DNA of 64,000 nt. Source: an uncultured virus (IMG/VR IMGVR_UViG_3300030101_002968). Its lineage: Duplodnaviria > Heunggongvirae > Uroviricota > Caudoviricetes. Every line of letters starts with the position of its first letter. Positions within the stretch are counted from its first letter, which is position 1. The notes below the pieces were generated by a model. The model ran no database searches. It saw only the letters and a program-made list of their open reading frames with translations, and was not told where the DNA came from. The position numbers and the translations under genes are program-made. Shown one piece after another: positions 1 through 9,045 of this stretch. The stretch spans positions 1-64,000 of the IMG/VR virus record IMGVR_UViG_3300030101_002968; one strand, 5' to 3'.

Positions 1-429
1 TTAATGCGTGACAAAGTCATGGCTAACGATATATGTAAAGACTTAATAATTAATTCACAAACTGAATACGAAAAGCCTGGGATAATAAATATGTTCAATA
101 ACAACTGGAAAGGTAAAGCTGATATTGTTAATCACGAAGAAAAACTAGTTATTGATTTAAAAACAACAGCTGATATTGACAAGTTTCAATGGTCAGCTAG
201 CAAGTTTAATTATGACTCGCAGGCATACATATACAGTAAACTATTTGGCTATGAATTTTTATTTATAGTTATAGACAAAAACACTCATCAAATCGGTATG
301 TTTGACTGCTCACCGCAGTTTTACGAACGAGGCGAAGAAAAGGTACGTAAAGCAAGTGAAGCTTATGACTTGTTTTACAAGACCAAGGACTTTGATCCTA
401 AACAGTATTTCATAAGCAAAACTTTATAA
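1..429 (+). CDS. PD-(D/E)XK exonuclease (RecE/ExoVIII-like), 5'-truncated by the window edge
   Basis: KGKADIV...IDLKTT and YDSQAYIY motifs; the frame is open from base 1. Confidence 0.8.
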   Translation, partial: LMRDKVMANDICKDLIINSQTEYEKPGIINMFNNNWKGKADIVNHEEKLVIDLKTTADIDKFQWSASKFNYDSQAYIYSKLFGYEFLFIVIDKNTHQIGMFDCSPQFYERGEEKVRKASEAYDLFYKTKDFDPKQYFISKTL

Positions 430-438
430 AATTAAATT

Positions 439-606
439 ATGCCAAGAACTAAATCAAAAATATGTAGTGTAACTGGTATGAAAACTAGTGCTAACAATTT
501 TTACGCAAATCAAAACCACGTAAAAGCTGTTGACAACATTAGAAGAACAACTGGTGCTACTAAAGATCAATTAACAAGAATGTTTAACCAAATAAATAAT
601 TATTAA
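439..606 (+). CDS. Small hypothetical protein (55 aa, MPRTKSKICSVTG...)
   Basis: Not in the ORF track. ATG at 439 follows an A-rich leader; TAA at 604-606 overlaps the next ATG (TAATG). Confidence 0.65.
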   Translation: MPRTKSKICSVTGMKTSANNFYANQNHVKAVDNIRRTTGATKDQLTRMFNQINNY

Positions 607-911
607 TGGCAAGTATTATTAAAACAAGTATTAACCTAAACGAAATACCGAAAGACAAGATCTATGTAGGTAAGAAAGGTAAATACTTACCAATTACAAT
701 TACACTGAACAACGAGCCAGATCAGTTTGGCAACCAAGGTCCAGTTGTAGTTGAGCAAACTAAGGAAGAAAGAGATGCTAAAGCACCTAAGACTTACCTT
801 GGTAACATTAAAGTAGTATGGACTGATGGCAACAACGTTGACAGAGTTCCAATGGATAATCAGCCAGCTCCTGCTCCTGCACCTGCTGCTGATGACGACT
901 TACCGTTTTAA
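606..911 (+). CDS. Putative single-stranded DNA-binding protein
   Basis: Pro/Ala linker and acidic tail DDDLPF; lies between exonuclease and primase-helicase. Confidence 0.65.
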   Translation: MASIIKTSINLNEIPKDKIYVGKKGKYLPITITLNNEPDQFGNQGPVVVEQTKEERDAKAPKTYLGNIKVVWTDGNNVDRVPMDNQPAPAPAPAADDDLPF

Positions 912-913
912 AT

Positions 914-2629
914 ATGCAGACAACAGAGATCAATGGATTTGTTATTGACGCGTTCAATCAACATGGCCTAAAAGAAGGCGCATCACAAGGTATATGCCCG
1001 TTATGCTCTCACACTAGGAAACCCAAAAATCAGAAAGCACAATGTGCTAGCTATGACTGGGAACGTGGTCTCGGTACCTGTCACAACTGTGATACTAGTT
1101 TTCAACTTCATACTTACCAACGCAAGGGCAGTAGCGAACGTGTCTATGTTAGACCGGATACGCCGGCCAACTTCAACGAGGTAAGTACGAACGTTGAAAC
1201 GTGGTTTGGTACAAGAGGTATATCAAAACAAACTTTACGTGACTTAAAAGTTACTGAAGGCCCTGAGTTTATGCCTCAGACAGGTAAACAAGAAAACACC
1301 ATACAGTTTAATTATTTTATGGGTGATCAATTGATCAACGTAAAATACAGAGATGGTAGAAAAAACTTTAAGCTTTACAAAGGTGCTGAAAAAGTATTTT
1401 ATAACATTAACAGTATTGTAGGTTATGATGAATGTGTTATTGTTGAAGGCGAAATGGATGTGTTAGCATTACATGAAGCTGGCATTACTAATACTATTTC
1501 AGTACCTAATGGAGCTACGTTAAACAACAACAACTTAGATTATCTTGATAACTGTATTGATTACTTCGATGACAAGACAAGAATAATACTAGCTGTTGAT
1601 GCTGATGAGCCCGGCCAAATGTTAAAGCAAGAGCTTGTACGTAGGCTTGGCGCTGAAGTTTGTTTTCTTGTAGATTTTAACGGCGAGAAAGATGCAAACG
1701 ATTATTTAATACAACACGGCGCAGAGTTACTACGCAATGCTATACACAGCGCACGCCCTGTACCGTTAGAAAATGTATCAACTTTAAAAGATGTAGAAGA
1801 TGAACTTAGAGACTTTGTTAAAAACGGCTTCAAGCCTGGGTACCAGATCGGTATTGAAAACTTCGACAAGATTTTTTCTACTTACACTGGGCAGTTTATT
1901 ACTGTCACTGGCATCCCTAGTTCTGGTAAGTCTGACTTTGTTGACCAAATGGTTGTTGGTTACAATAATAATTATGGTTGGAAAACTGCGTATGCTAGTC
2001 CAGAAAATCAACCAGTATATCTCCACGCGCACAAGTTAATGCGTAAGCATTGGCAAGACATGCCACGTGTAGGTGATATTGGCGGTGATAAATGGCAAAA
2101 CGTAACAGATCATGTTAATGACAACTACTTTTTTATTGACATGGATAAATACAGCTTAGAGTCTGTACTACGTAAAGGCGCTGAGCTTGTTAAACGTAAA
2201 GGTATTAAATGTTTAGTCCTTGATCCGTTTAATAAAATTAGAGATGTCGATGCTAAGTCAGATGATGTAAACCGTTACACAATGGATTACTTAGCTAAGA
2301 TTGAGGCTTTTTGTAAAAAATATGATGTGTTAACTTTTATTGTAGCGCATCCAACTAAAATGTATAAAGGACAAGATGGTAAAATTGAAGAACCAACAAT
2401 GTATAATATCAAAGGTGGCGGTGAGTGGTATGACGCATCATATCACGGCCTTCTCGTACACAGGGATTATGATGCAAAAACTACTAAGGTTAAAGTCCTT
2501 AAAGTTAAGTTTCAAAACCTTGGTGAGAACGGTGCTGAGGCACATTTTACGTGGGAGCCTCGCTCTGGTAGTTTTGTACCTAATGAACCTGTTGTAGAGG
2601 ACGCTGGTCCTATGCCCTGGGAAGCATAA
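914..2629 (+). CDS. DNA primase-helicase (T7 gp4/Twinkle-like)
   Basis: Zn-binding CPLC...CHNC, TOPRIM IVEGEMD and DAD, Walker A GIPSSGKS, and VAHP helicase motif. Confidence 0.95.
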   Translation: MQTTEINGFVIDAFNQHGLKEGASQGICPLCSHTRKPKNQKAQCASYDWERGLGTCHNCDTSFQLHTYQRKGSSERVYVRPDTPANFNEVSTNVETWFGTRGISKQTLRDLKVTEGPEFMPQTGKQENTIQFNYFMGDQLINVKYRDGRKNFKLYKGAEKVFYNINSIVGYDECVIVEGEMDVLALHEAGITNTISVPNGATLNNNNLDYLDNCIDYFDDKTRIILAVDADEPGQMLKQELVRRLGAEVCFLVDFNGEKDANDYLIQHGAELLRNAIHSARPVPLENVSTLKDVEDELRDFVKNGFKPGYQIGIENFDKIFSTYTGQFITVTGIPSSGKSDFVDQMVVGYNNNYGWKTAYASPENQPVYLHAHKLMRKHWQDMPRVGDIGGDKWQNVTDHVNDNYFFIDMDKYSLESVLRKGAELVKRKGIKCLVLDPFNKIRDVDAKSDDVNRYTMDYLAKIEAFCKKYDVLTFIVAHPTKMYKGQDGKIEEPTMYNIKGGGEWYDASYHGLLVHRDYDAKTTKVKVLKVKFQNLGENGAEAHFTWEPRSGSFVPNEPVVEDAGPMPWEA

Positions 2630-2898
2630 TGGCTTTTAAACGTTGGAAAAAGTCACCAAGCAGAAAAGTACCTGTTAGAATGTGGGACAACAATGAAATG
2701 AAAATTGTTGGCTGGTGTATAAACAAAAATATAAAAATAGGTATAACTCCTGACTGGAAACACGATTTAAGCAAATGGCAGATAGAAATATCTATAAACA
2801 ATAACACACATATAGACCCTAAAAGATATGATGATGAAAATGTTTTAGATAAATTATACGAATACTATAAATACTATTATGATAAACACAATAAATAA
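2629..2898 (+). CDS. Hypothetical protein
   Basis: 89-aa ORF coupled to the helicase gene by a TAATG overlap. Confidence 0.7.
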   Translation: MAFKRWKKSPSRKVPVRMWDNNEMKIVGWCINKNIKIGITPDWKHDLSKWQIEISINNNTHIDPKRYDDENVLDKLYEYYKYYYDKHNK

Positions 2899-3535
2899 TA
2901 AAAAGTTTGAAACAGCAAACGAAGCATACGAATATGTATTTGATAAGATAATACGTTACGGTACAGACTTCGGAGATACAAAGGCCCTATTTAATGTAGG
3001 GTTTTATATTCTTAACCCTCTTGCAAACGCTATTACAAACAAAGAACGTAAATGGAATCACGAATATGCAGAGGCTGAGTTTAAATGGTATTTATCTGGC
3101 GATCGTAATATAACTAAGCTAGGTAAAATATACGGTAAAATACCACCGATATGGATTAAAATGGCTGATGATGAAGGTAACGTACTATCTAACTATGGTT
3201 GGCAATGGAAACGTAAAGCACAACTAGACAACGTGGTACGTAAACTAAAGTTAGATAAAGATACTAGACAAGCATGTATATCTATATACGATGGTAAAGA
3301 AATGTATAAGTATGATAACGATACACCTTGTACTTATGCAATACAATTTACAAGAGTGCGTGACAAACTAGATATGTGTGTTACAATGCGTAGCAACGAT
3401 CTATGGTACGGCTTTTGTAATGATCAATATTGTTTTTCACAGTTGCAAGCTGCAGTAGCTCATAGGTTAAACATACCTGTTGGCGTATACTATCACTTTG
3501 CACATAACATGCATTTATATAATAATAAATTATGA
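2879..3535 (+). CDS. Thymidylate-synthase-fold enzyme, probable dCMP hydroxymethylase or methylase
   Basis: Catalytic PCT, SNYGW, MRSNDLWYGFCND and HLY motifs; Asp sits at the base-specificity position. Confidence 0.8.
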   Translation: MINTINNKKFETANEAYEYVFDKIIRYGTDFGDTKALFNVGFYILNPLANAITNKERKWNHEYAEAEFKWYLSGDRNITKLGKIYGKIPPIWIKMADDEGNVLSNYGWQWKRKAQLDNVVRKLKLDKDTRQACISIYDGKEMYKYDNDTPCTYAIQFTRVRDKLDMCVTMRSNDLWYGFCNDQYCFSQLQAAVAHRLNIPVGVYYHFAHNMHLYNNKL

Positions 3536-4347
3536 CATACTACTTATACCACATACCCGGCAAGAAAGTCGGTGTAACAACTAACCTTGAAGATCGTGTT
3601 CACAAACAACAAGGTTATTATCCAGGCGAATATGATATAATAGAAACGTCTGAGGATATAGATTTTATATCTATTGGTGAACAAATAATGCAAAAGCATT
3701 ATGGATATAGACAAGATGAAGTTCCATATAATAAACTTAAATTTAATAAAGATATGAAGATAAACGTAACAGAACAAACTACAACGTTTCCTGTACCAGT
3801 CAACAAACTAAAAGGTAGGTTGATGGATAATATAGGTATGCGTTGGGAAACAGAGTTTGGCGAATGTACAATAACAAGACCATCTGTAGACTGGATTATG
3901 AAAAACGTAAAAGAGTCTATGTATAACAAAGAAAGATGCTATGTATACAATAAAGCATTTGCTAGGTGGTTTGATAACAACGATCCACACTCACACATGA
4001 CATTAACAGGTGCTCTATCACCTACAGGCGCAAGACAACAAAAGCCTAAATTACAAACTCAATACTTTGATTTAATTAGAGAGTGGGCTAACAATAGAGG
4101 TTTGTATAAGCATGGTGATACTAAAACGCAAGCGCTAAAGCTAGTCGAAGAAGTTGGTGAAATATGTAGAGCCATACTGAAAGACAACCACAGCGATATT
4201 GAAGACGGTATCGGCGATGCAGTCGTTGTACTAACAAATCTAGCTGAGCTTCAAGGTACGAGCATAGAGGCTTGTATAGAAAGAGCTTATAAAGAGATCA
4301 AAGATCGTACAGGTAAAATGGAAAACGGAACATTTAAAAAAGATTAA
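3532..4347 (+). CDS. Fusion protein: GIY-YIG-like N-terminus, unknown middle domain and C-terminal MazG-like NTP pyrophosphohydrolase
   Basis: C-terminal KLVEEVGE...EDGIGD acidic motif; N-terminal YYLYHI..KKVGVT.NLEDR. Confidence 0.75.
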   Translation: MTYYLYHIPGKKVGVTTNLEDRVHKQQGYYPGEYDIIETSEDIDFISIGEQIMQKHYGYRQDEVPYNKLKFNKDMKINVTEQTTTFPVPVNKLKGRLMDNIGMRWETEFGECTITRPSVDWIMKNVKESMYNKERCYVYNKAFARWFDNNDPHSHMTLTGALSPTGARQQKPKLQTQYFDLIREWANNRGLYKHGDTKTQALKLVEEVGEICRAILKDNHSDIEDGIGDAVVVLTNLAELQGTSIEACIERAYKEIKDRTGKMENGTFKKD

Positions 4348-4348
4348 T

Positions 4349-4618
4349 ATGTCAGACAGAGAAATAATCGATGCTAAACGAGGTATCGTAGCTAGAAAGT
4401 CTTACGGCTTTCGTGATGAAGTAGTTAAAAATGTTGTTGACAAGTTTGTTGAACGTTCAGATGTTGGCTATGAAAAATATGGTCAAACATTACATGACGA
4501 AAGAACATCTGGTGTCAAAGACTTAGCTGCTTATTTAAACGATATACAAGAAGAGCTTATGGATGCGATATTGTATATTCAAACTGCCAGAGAAGAATTA
4601 AATGAAAAGAAGAATTAG
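4349..4618 (+). CDS. Small all-alpha NTP-pyrophosphatase-like protein
   Basis: R...GYEKYG..L...QEELMDAILY pattern. Confidence 0.55.
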   Translation: MSDREIIDAKRGIVARKSYGFRDEVVKNVVDKFVERSDVGYEKYGQTLHDERTSGVKDLAAYLNDIQEELMDAILYIQTAREELNEKKN

Positions 4619-5063
4619 AGGCAGATTAAAAAGAAAACGTGGTCCTGTTCAAGCTAAAAAAGTAGTTTGTGACGGGATCAAGTTTGCTTCCGGTCTTGAA
4701 AAGTATATGTATCTTGCTCTTAAAAAAGCTAAAATAAAAGCTAAATACGAGGGTAAAACATATATAATTCAAGAAGGTTTTGATTTTAATATAACAAGTT
4801 ACGAACGTCAAAGCAATGGTAAAGGTGAGTTTAAAGACAGAGGTAATAAAAAAATATTACCAATAAAATATACACCTGATTTTATAAGTGATTCATTTAT
4901 AATTGAATGCAAAGGTCGTGCAAACGAAAGTTTTCCATTACGTTGGAAAATGTTTAAAAAGTATGTAAAAGTAAACCTACCTCGTGTAACTTTATATAAA
5001 CCTCAAAACCAGAAGGAATGCGATACTGTAATAGAGTTGATAACCAAAAATAAAATCAAATGA
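4602..5063 (+). CDS. T7 endonuclease I-like resolvase
   Basis: FASGLE, YE, YTPDF and IIECKG motifs. Confidence 0.85.
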   Translation: MKRRIRGRLKRKRGPVQAKKVVCDGIKFASGLEKYMYLALKKAKIKAKYEGKTYIIQEGFDFNITSYERQSNGKGEFKDRGNKKILPIKYTPDFISDSFIIECKGRANESFPLRWKMFKKYVKVNLPRVTLYKPQNQKECDTVIELITKNKIK

Positions 5064-5197
5064 AAAATTGGGAACTAAGTATCGGAACTTTCCCTGGTCT
5101 TCTTATCGGCGTAAGATCATACGTCGAACAATACAGAACTAACCATGTGATATATCTACTATTTGTAGATATTTGTTTAACGATATATAAAGATTAA
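5060..5197 (+). CDS. Small hypothetical protein (45 aa, MKNWELSIG...)
   Basis: ATGA overlap with the upstream stop; fills the gap before the RNR gene. Confidence 0.55.
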   Translation: MKNWELSIGTFPGLLIGVRSYVEQYRTNHVIYLLFVDICLTIYKD

Positions 5198-5200
5198 TTA

Positions 5201-7069
5201 ATGAATGTAAATAATAAAATTTTGTCAGATATTACTGTGCATATGAAATATGCTAAGTTTATACCAGAGCTTAACAGAAGAGAAACCTGGGAAGAGCTTG
5301 TAACGCGTAATAAAGAAATGCATCAGAAAAAATATCCTGAACTATATAATGAAATAGAAGAAAATTATAGATATGTATATAAAAAGAAAGTTTTACCGTC
5401 TATGCGAAGCCTACAATTTAGTGGCAAACCGATTGAGATTTCGCCCAATAGACTCTACAACTGCTCCTATCTACCTATTGATCACGTTGATAGCTTTAGC
5501 GAGTGTATGTTTTTGTTGCTTAGCGGATGTGGCGTAGGCTACTCTGTACAGAAGCATCATATAAAGTTATTACCTGAAGTAACAAAACCTTTTGAGGTAA
5601 GAACTAGAAGGTTTGTTATTGGTGATAGCATTGAAGGTTGGTCAGATGCTGTAAAGGTATTAATCAAGTCTTATTTAGGCTCTAAGAGATCATCTAAGGT
5701 CAAGTTTGATTATTCTGATATTAGACCAAAGGGAGCTAGGCTTGTGACCTCTGGCGGTAAAGCTCCAGGGCCTCAGCCTTTGAAAGAGTGTTTATTAAAA
5801 ATTAAAGGAATATTAGATGCTAAAGATGATGGTGCAAAGCTTACAACTCTTGAAGTACACGATATTGTTTGTCATATTGCTGATGCTGTCCTTGCTGGTG
5901 GTATTCGTAGAGCAGCTCTTATTAGCTTGTTCTCGGCTTATGACGAAGAAATGATTTCTTGTAAATCAGGTAATTGGTGGGAAATAAACCCGCAACGTGG
6001 TAGAGCCAATAACTCTGCTGTATTAATTAGACATAAAATAACTAAAGAGTTTTTTATGGACTTATGGAAACGTATAGAGCTATCTGGTTCTGGTGAACCT
6101 GGTATATATTTTAACCACGACAAAGACTGGGGTACAAACCCTTGTTGCGAGATAGCGCTAAGACCTTTTCAATTTTGTAACCTATGCGAAGTTAATGTAT
6201 CAAACGTAGAAGATCAAGATGATTTTAATGCTCGTGTAAAAGCCGCATCTTTTATAGGTACATTACAAGCTGGTTACACAGAGTTTCATTATTTAAGAGA
6301 AATATGGCAAGAGACAACAGAACGCGACGCACTTATCGGTGTGTCCATGACAGGAATAGGGAGTGCCGCTGTGCTCCAAATGGATATGAAGGCCGCTGCA
6401 AGTATCGTAAAACGCGAGAACACGAGGGTTTCAAAATTAATAGGTATAAATCGCGCGGCACGTACAACGTGTGTTAAACCTGCAGGGACGACATCTCTTG
6501 TACTCGGTACATCTTCGGGTATACATGCATGGCATAATGATTATTATATACGTAGACTACGTGTAGGTAAAAACGAAGCTATATATAATTATCTAAAACA
6601 TACACACCCTGAACTTGTACAAGATGAATACTTTAGACCACATGACACTGCTGTTATTGAAATACCACAATCAGCACCTGAAGGTTCTATATTAAGAACT
6701 GAGTCTGCTTTTGATTTACTTGAACGTGTAAAAAAAGTAGCAACTGAGTGGGTTGCGCCTGGCCACAGAGCTGGTAGTAATACCCACAATGTATCTGCTA
6801 CTATAAGTTTAAAGAAAGAAGACTGGGACAAAGCTGGCGAGTGGATGTGGAAAAACAGAGACTGTTACAACGGTCTATCTGTATTACCTTACGATGGTGG
6901 TACATATACACAAGCTCCGTTTGAAGATATTAAGAAGTCGGAGTTTAACAAGTTGGTTAAATCATTACAAGATGTAAATCTTGAAAACGTAATGGAGTTA
7001 ACTGACGAAACTGATCTATCTGGTGAATTAGCCTGTGCCGGTGGATCTTGTGAAATAACAGGCTTATAA
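5201..7069 (+). CDS. nrdJ: Class II (adenosylcobalamin-dependent) ribonucleotide reductase
   Basis: RRETWEE, YNC, TNPCCEI, FCNL, VKPAGTTS and C-terminal ACAGGSC; no small subunit gene nearby. Confidence 0.92.
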   Translation: MNVNNKILSDITVHMKYAKFIPELNRRETWEELVTRNKEMHQKKYPELYNEIEENYRYVYKKKVLPSMRSLQFSGKPIEISPNRLYNCSYLPIDHVDSFSECMFLLLSGCGVGYSVQKHHIKLLPEVTKPFEVRTRRFVIGDSIEGWSDAVKVLIKSYLGSKRSSKVKFDYSDIRPKGARLVTSGGKAPGPQPLKECLLKIKGILDAKDDGAKLTTLEVHDIVCHIADAVLAGGIRRAALISLFSAYDEEMISCKSGNWWEINPQRGRANNSAVLIRHKITKEFFMDLWKRIELSGSGEPGIYFNHDKDWGTNPCCEIALRPFQFCNLCEVNVSNVEDQDDFNARVKAASFIGTLQAGYTEFHYLREIWQETTERDALIGVSMTGIGSAAVLQMDMKAAASIVKRENTRVSKLIGINRAARTTCVKPAGTTSLVLGTSSGIHAWHNDYYIRRLRVGKNEAIYNYLKHTHPELVQDEYFRPHDTAVIEIPQSAPEGSILRTESAFDLLERVKKVATEWVAPGHRAGSNTHNVSATISLKKEDWDKAGEWMWKNRDCYNGLSVLPYDGGTYTQAPFEDIKKSEFNKLVKSLQDVNLENVMELTDETDLSGELACAGGSCEITGL

Positions 7070-7083
7070 CTAAAACAATTATT

Positions 7084-7494
7084 ATGAATAAATTATTTTT
7101 AACTATGTTGTTAGCTTTAGGCACAACTATTGCGTCAGCACAGTTTTCTGTAATCACAACTGTAACTGAAGTTGAAGACGAATACAACTTAACAGACAAG
7201 TTAGCTATAGGTTACGATCTAAGTGATATGATTATGATTGGACTAGCTATGGATGGCGAGGACAATTATAGACTAATGGGTCGTTATAAATTTGCTAATG
7301 ACTGTTGGGGTGTTGCAATGTTCGATACTGAAGGCGAAGGTGAATATGTTGATAGGTTAGATTTAGGAGTCGGGTACTCTTTTAATGTTTGGAACGGTTT
7401 ATACGTTGAGCCAAGCTACATTATGCCTATGAAGAAAAACGAAGAAGACGATTACGAAGGTACATTCAATTTTGGATTATCTTATAAATTTTAG
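7084..7494 (+). CDS. Small outer-membrane beta-barrel protein
   Basis: Signal peptide ending ASA-Q, alternating hydrophobic strands (LGVGYSF, FGLSYKF) and C-terminal Phe. Confidence 0.75.
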   Translation: MNKLFLTMLLALGTTIASAQFSVITTVTEVEDEYNLTDKLAIGYDLSDMIMIGLAMDGEDNYRLMGRYKFANDCWGVAMFDTEGEGEYVDRLDLGVGYSFNVWNGLYVEPSYIMPMKKNEEDDYEGTFNFGLSYKF

Positions 7495-7515
7495 TATTAA
7501 CTTAAAATAACAATT

Positions 7516-7743
7516 ATGGAAAAAGTAATAAAGTATTTAACAGGATTTTTTACAGGGCTAGTTGCTGTTATGGTAGCTATTATACCTGTAACAATTTTGT
7601 GGACATTGTTAACAGGAAACACTGTCTTTGAAATGGACATTATAGGAAATTTTATGGGCATGGTTAATGCTTTAGGTAAATCAGGTTTTACTGGTTTATT
7701 AGCATTGATCTTTGTTTTCTATTTCTTTGTAGATAGAAAGTAA
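7516..7743 (+). CDS. Small two-TM membrane protein
   Basis: Two long hydrophobic segments in 75 aa. Confidence 0.7.
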   Translation: MEKVIKYLTGFFTGLVAVMVAIIPVTILWTLLTGNTVFEMDIIGNFMGMVNALGKSGFTGLLALIFVFYFFVDRK

Positions 7744-7772
7744 ATAATTATTAACTTAAATTAAATTAAATT

Positions 7773-7967
7773 ATGTCTTTTAACAAACTAGACAGTTTGT
7801 TTGACGATTTACAAGATACAGTAAATGACTGTCAAGCAGACGTTAGAAAATTTGTAGATGGTAATAACTCTGCAGGAACGAGAGTCAGAAAGGCGATGCA
7901 AGCTGTAAAAGCTTTAGCCCAAGAGGTTAGAGTCGAAGTGCAAGACCAAAAGAACTCACAGTTCTAA
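7773..7967 (+). CDS. Histone H1-like (Hc1-type) protein of Bacteroidota type
   Basis: KF..GNNSAGTRVRKAM..VK..A.E.R motif. Confidence 0.75.
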   Translation: MSFNKLDSLFDDLQDTVNDCQADVRKFVDGNNSAGTRVRKAMQAVKALAQEVRVEVQDQKNSQF

Positions 7968-7973
7968 AATGAT

Positions 7974-8001
7974 AAAGGGAGCTTAACGGCTCCCTTTTTT
8001 T
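7974..8001. terminator. Bidirectional intrinsic terminator between the converging arms
   Basis: AAAGGGAGC-ttaacg-GCTCCCTTT hairpin followed by a T run, at the +/- convergence point. Confidence 0.9.
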
Positions 8002-8077
8002 ATAATGCTATTAAAAATATAGTAATCATAAATACTATATATACTAGCGGACTAAGATCTATTGTTTGTGGTTTCAT
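8000..8077 (-). CDS. Possible 25-aa hydrophobic peptide (MKPQTIDLSPLVYIVFMITIFLIAL)
   Basis: Short ORF downstream of the endolysin with one TM-like stretch, preceded by a copy of the late motif. Confidence 0.35.
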   Translation of the reverse strand: MKPQTIDLSPLVYIVFMITIFLIAL

Positions 8078-8134
8078 AATATCATAATCACTCCACAACT
8101 CATATAATTTATACATTTCTATATTAACAAATTG

Positions 8135-8590
8135 TTAAATTATTTTGTAAGCAGTTTTGCCTTTATATTTATAAGCTTTTAAACATCTGTTTCTATTTTC
8201 CTTAGGTGATACGTAACTAACGTGTACCCAGTCTGGGTTATCATCATCACCAAACTCCCATATCATTTGATCAAAATCTAAATGCTCTCTAATAAAATTA
8301 AACATCTCTTTATTAGTTAAGTGACCGTATGTATCATCAAGGTCTATAGCTTGGCCGTGACAATGTTGTGACTTTTCACTACCACCAATTGCTTTGTTTA
8401 ATTCAGGTGATCTAAAAAAACTATTTATTTTTATAGGACCATTTGCATAAGTACGTAATGGCTCAAATATTTCATCAGCTAACAACTCCATGTTTGTTAA
8501 CTGTTTTCTGTCTGGCTTATTGTTTATTCCAAGGCGTAACGCTGTTCTGCTATACACACCTTCCTTATCGCTTATGTGTTCGCTTATCAT
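8135..8590 (-). CDS. Endolysin, peptidase M15A family
   Basis: SFFRSPELNKAIGG...SQHCHGQAID...WVHVS zinc ligands. Confidence 0.9.
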   Translation of the reverse strand: MISEHISDKEGVYSRTALRLGINNKPDRKQLTNMELLADEIFEPLRTYANGPIKINSFFRSPELNKAIGGSEKSQHCHGQAIDLDDTYGHLTNKEMFNFIREHLDFDQMIWEFGDDDNPDWVHVSYVSPKENRNRCLKAYKYKGKTAYKII

Positions 8591-9045
8591 GTTATTACTC
8601 CTTTTGCTAATTCTATATGTTTACAAGTTTTTATACCAGGTGCGTTTCCACTAGTGTTGCTAGCCTCGTTGTCAGCTATTTCAACTATACTGTCAGTTGA
8701 ACTTTCAATAAAACTAATTAAGTTTCTACAAACACCTTTTGCATCTTGTCCGTTTACTTCTAAATATACTTTGTCAACGGCTAATAAAGCTGTGCCACCT
8801 ACATTAGAGTAGTTAGATAACGCAGGTTTAAATGTTAGCAAAACACCTCTGTACTCTGACTGGCTACCACCAGCAGGAATCTCAACTTGACCACTGTTAG
8901 CATCTTTGTTGTAAGGTATTACAGACAATAACCTGTCATATCTTAATAAAACGCTACTTCTCAATTCGCTATTAACACCGCTTTCAGCGCTTATAAAGCC
9001 ATCATCTGCAGATAAAGATGCTGTTCTAAAAAATAACCACTTCAT
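8587..9045 (-). CDS. Hypothetical protein
   Basis: 152-aa ORF overlapping both neighbours at start and stop. Confidence 0.7.
   Translation of the reverse strand: MKWLFFRTASLSADDGFISAESGVNSELRSSVLLRYDRLLSVIPYNKDANSGQVEIPAGGSQSEYRGVLLTFKPALSNYSNVGGTALLAVDKVYLEVNGQDAKGVCRNLISFIESSTDSIVEIADNEASNTSGNAPGIKTCKHIELAKGVIT

Noticed and set aside
2879..3535. Ordinary thymidylate synthase (thyA)
   Set aside because: The specificity residue is Asp rather than Asn, and the motifs look closer to T4 gp42.
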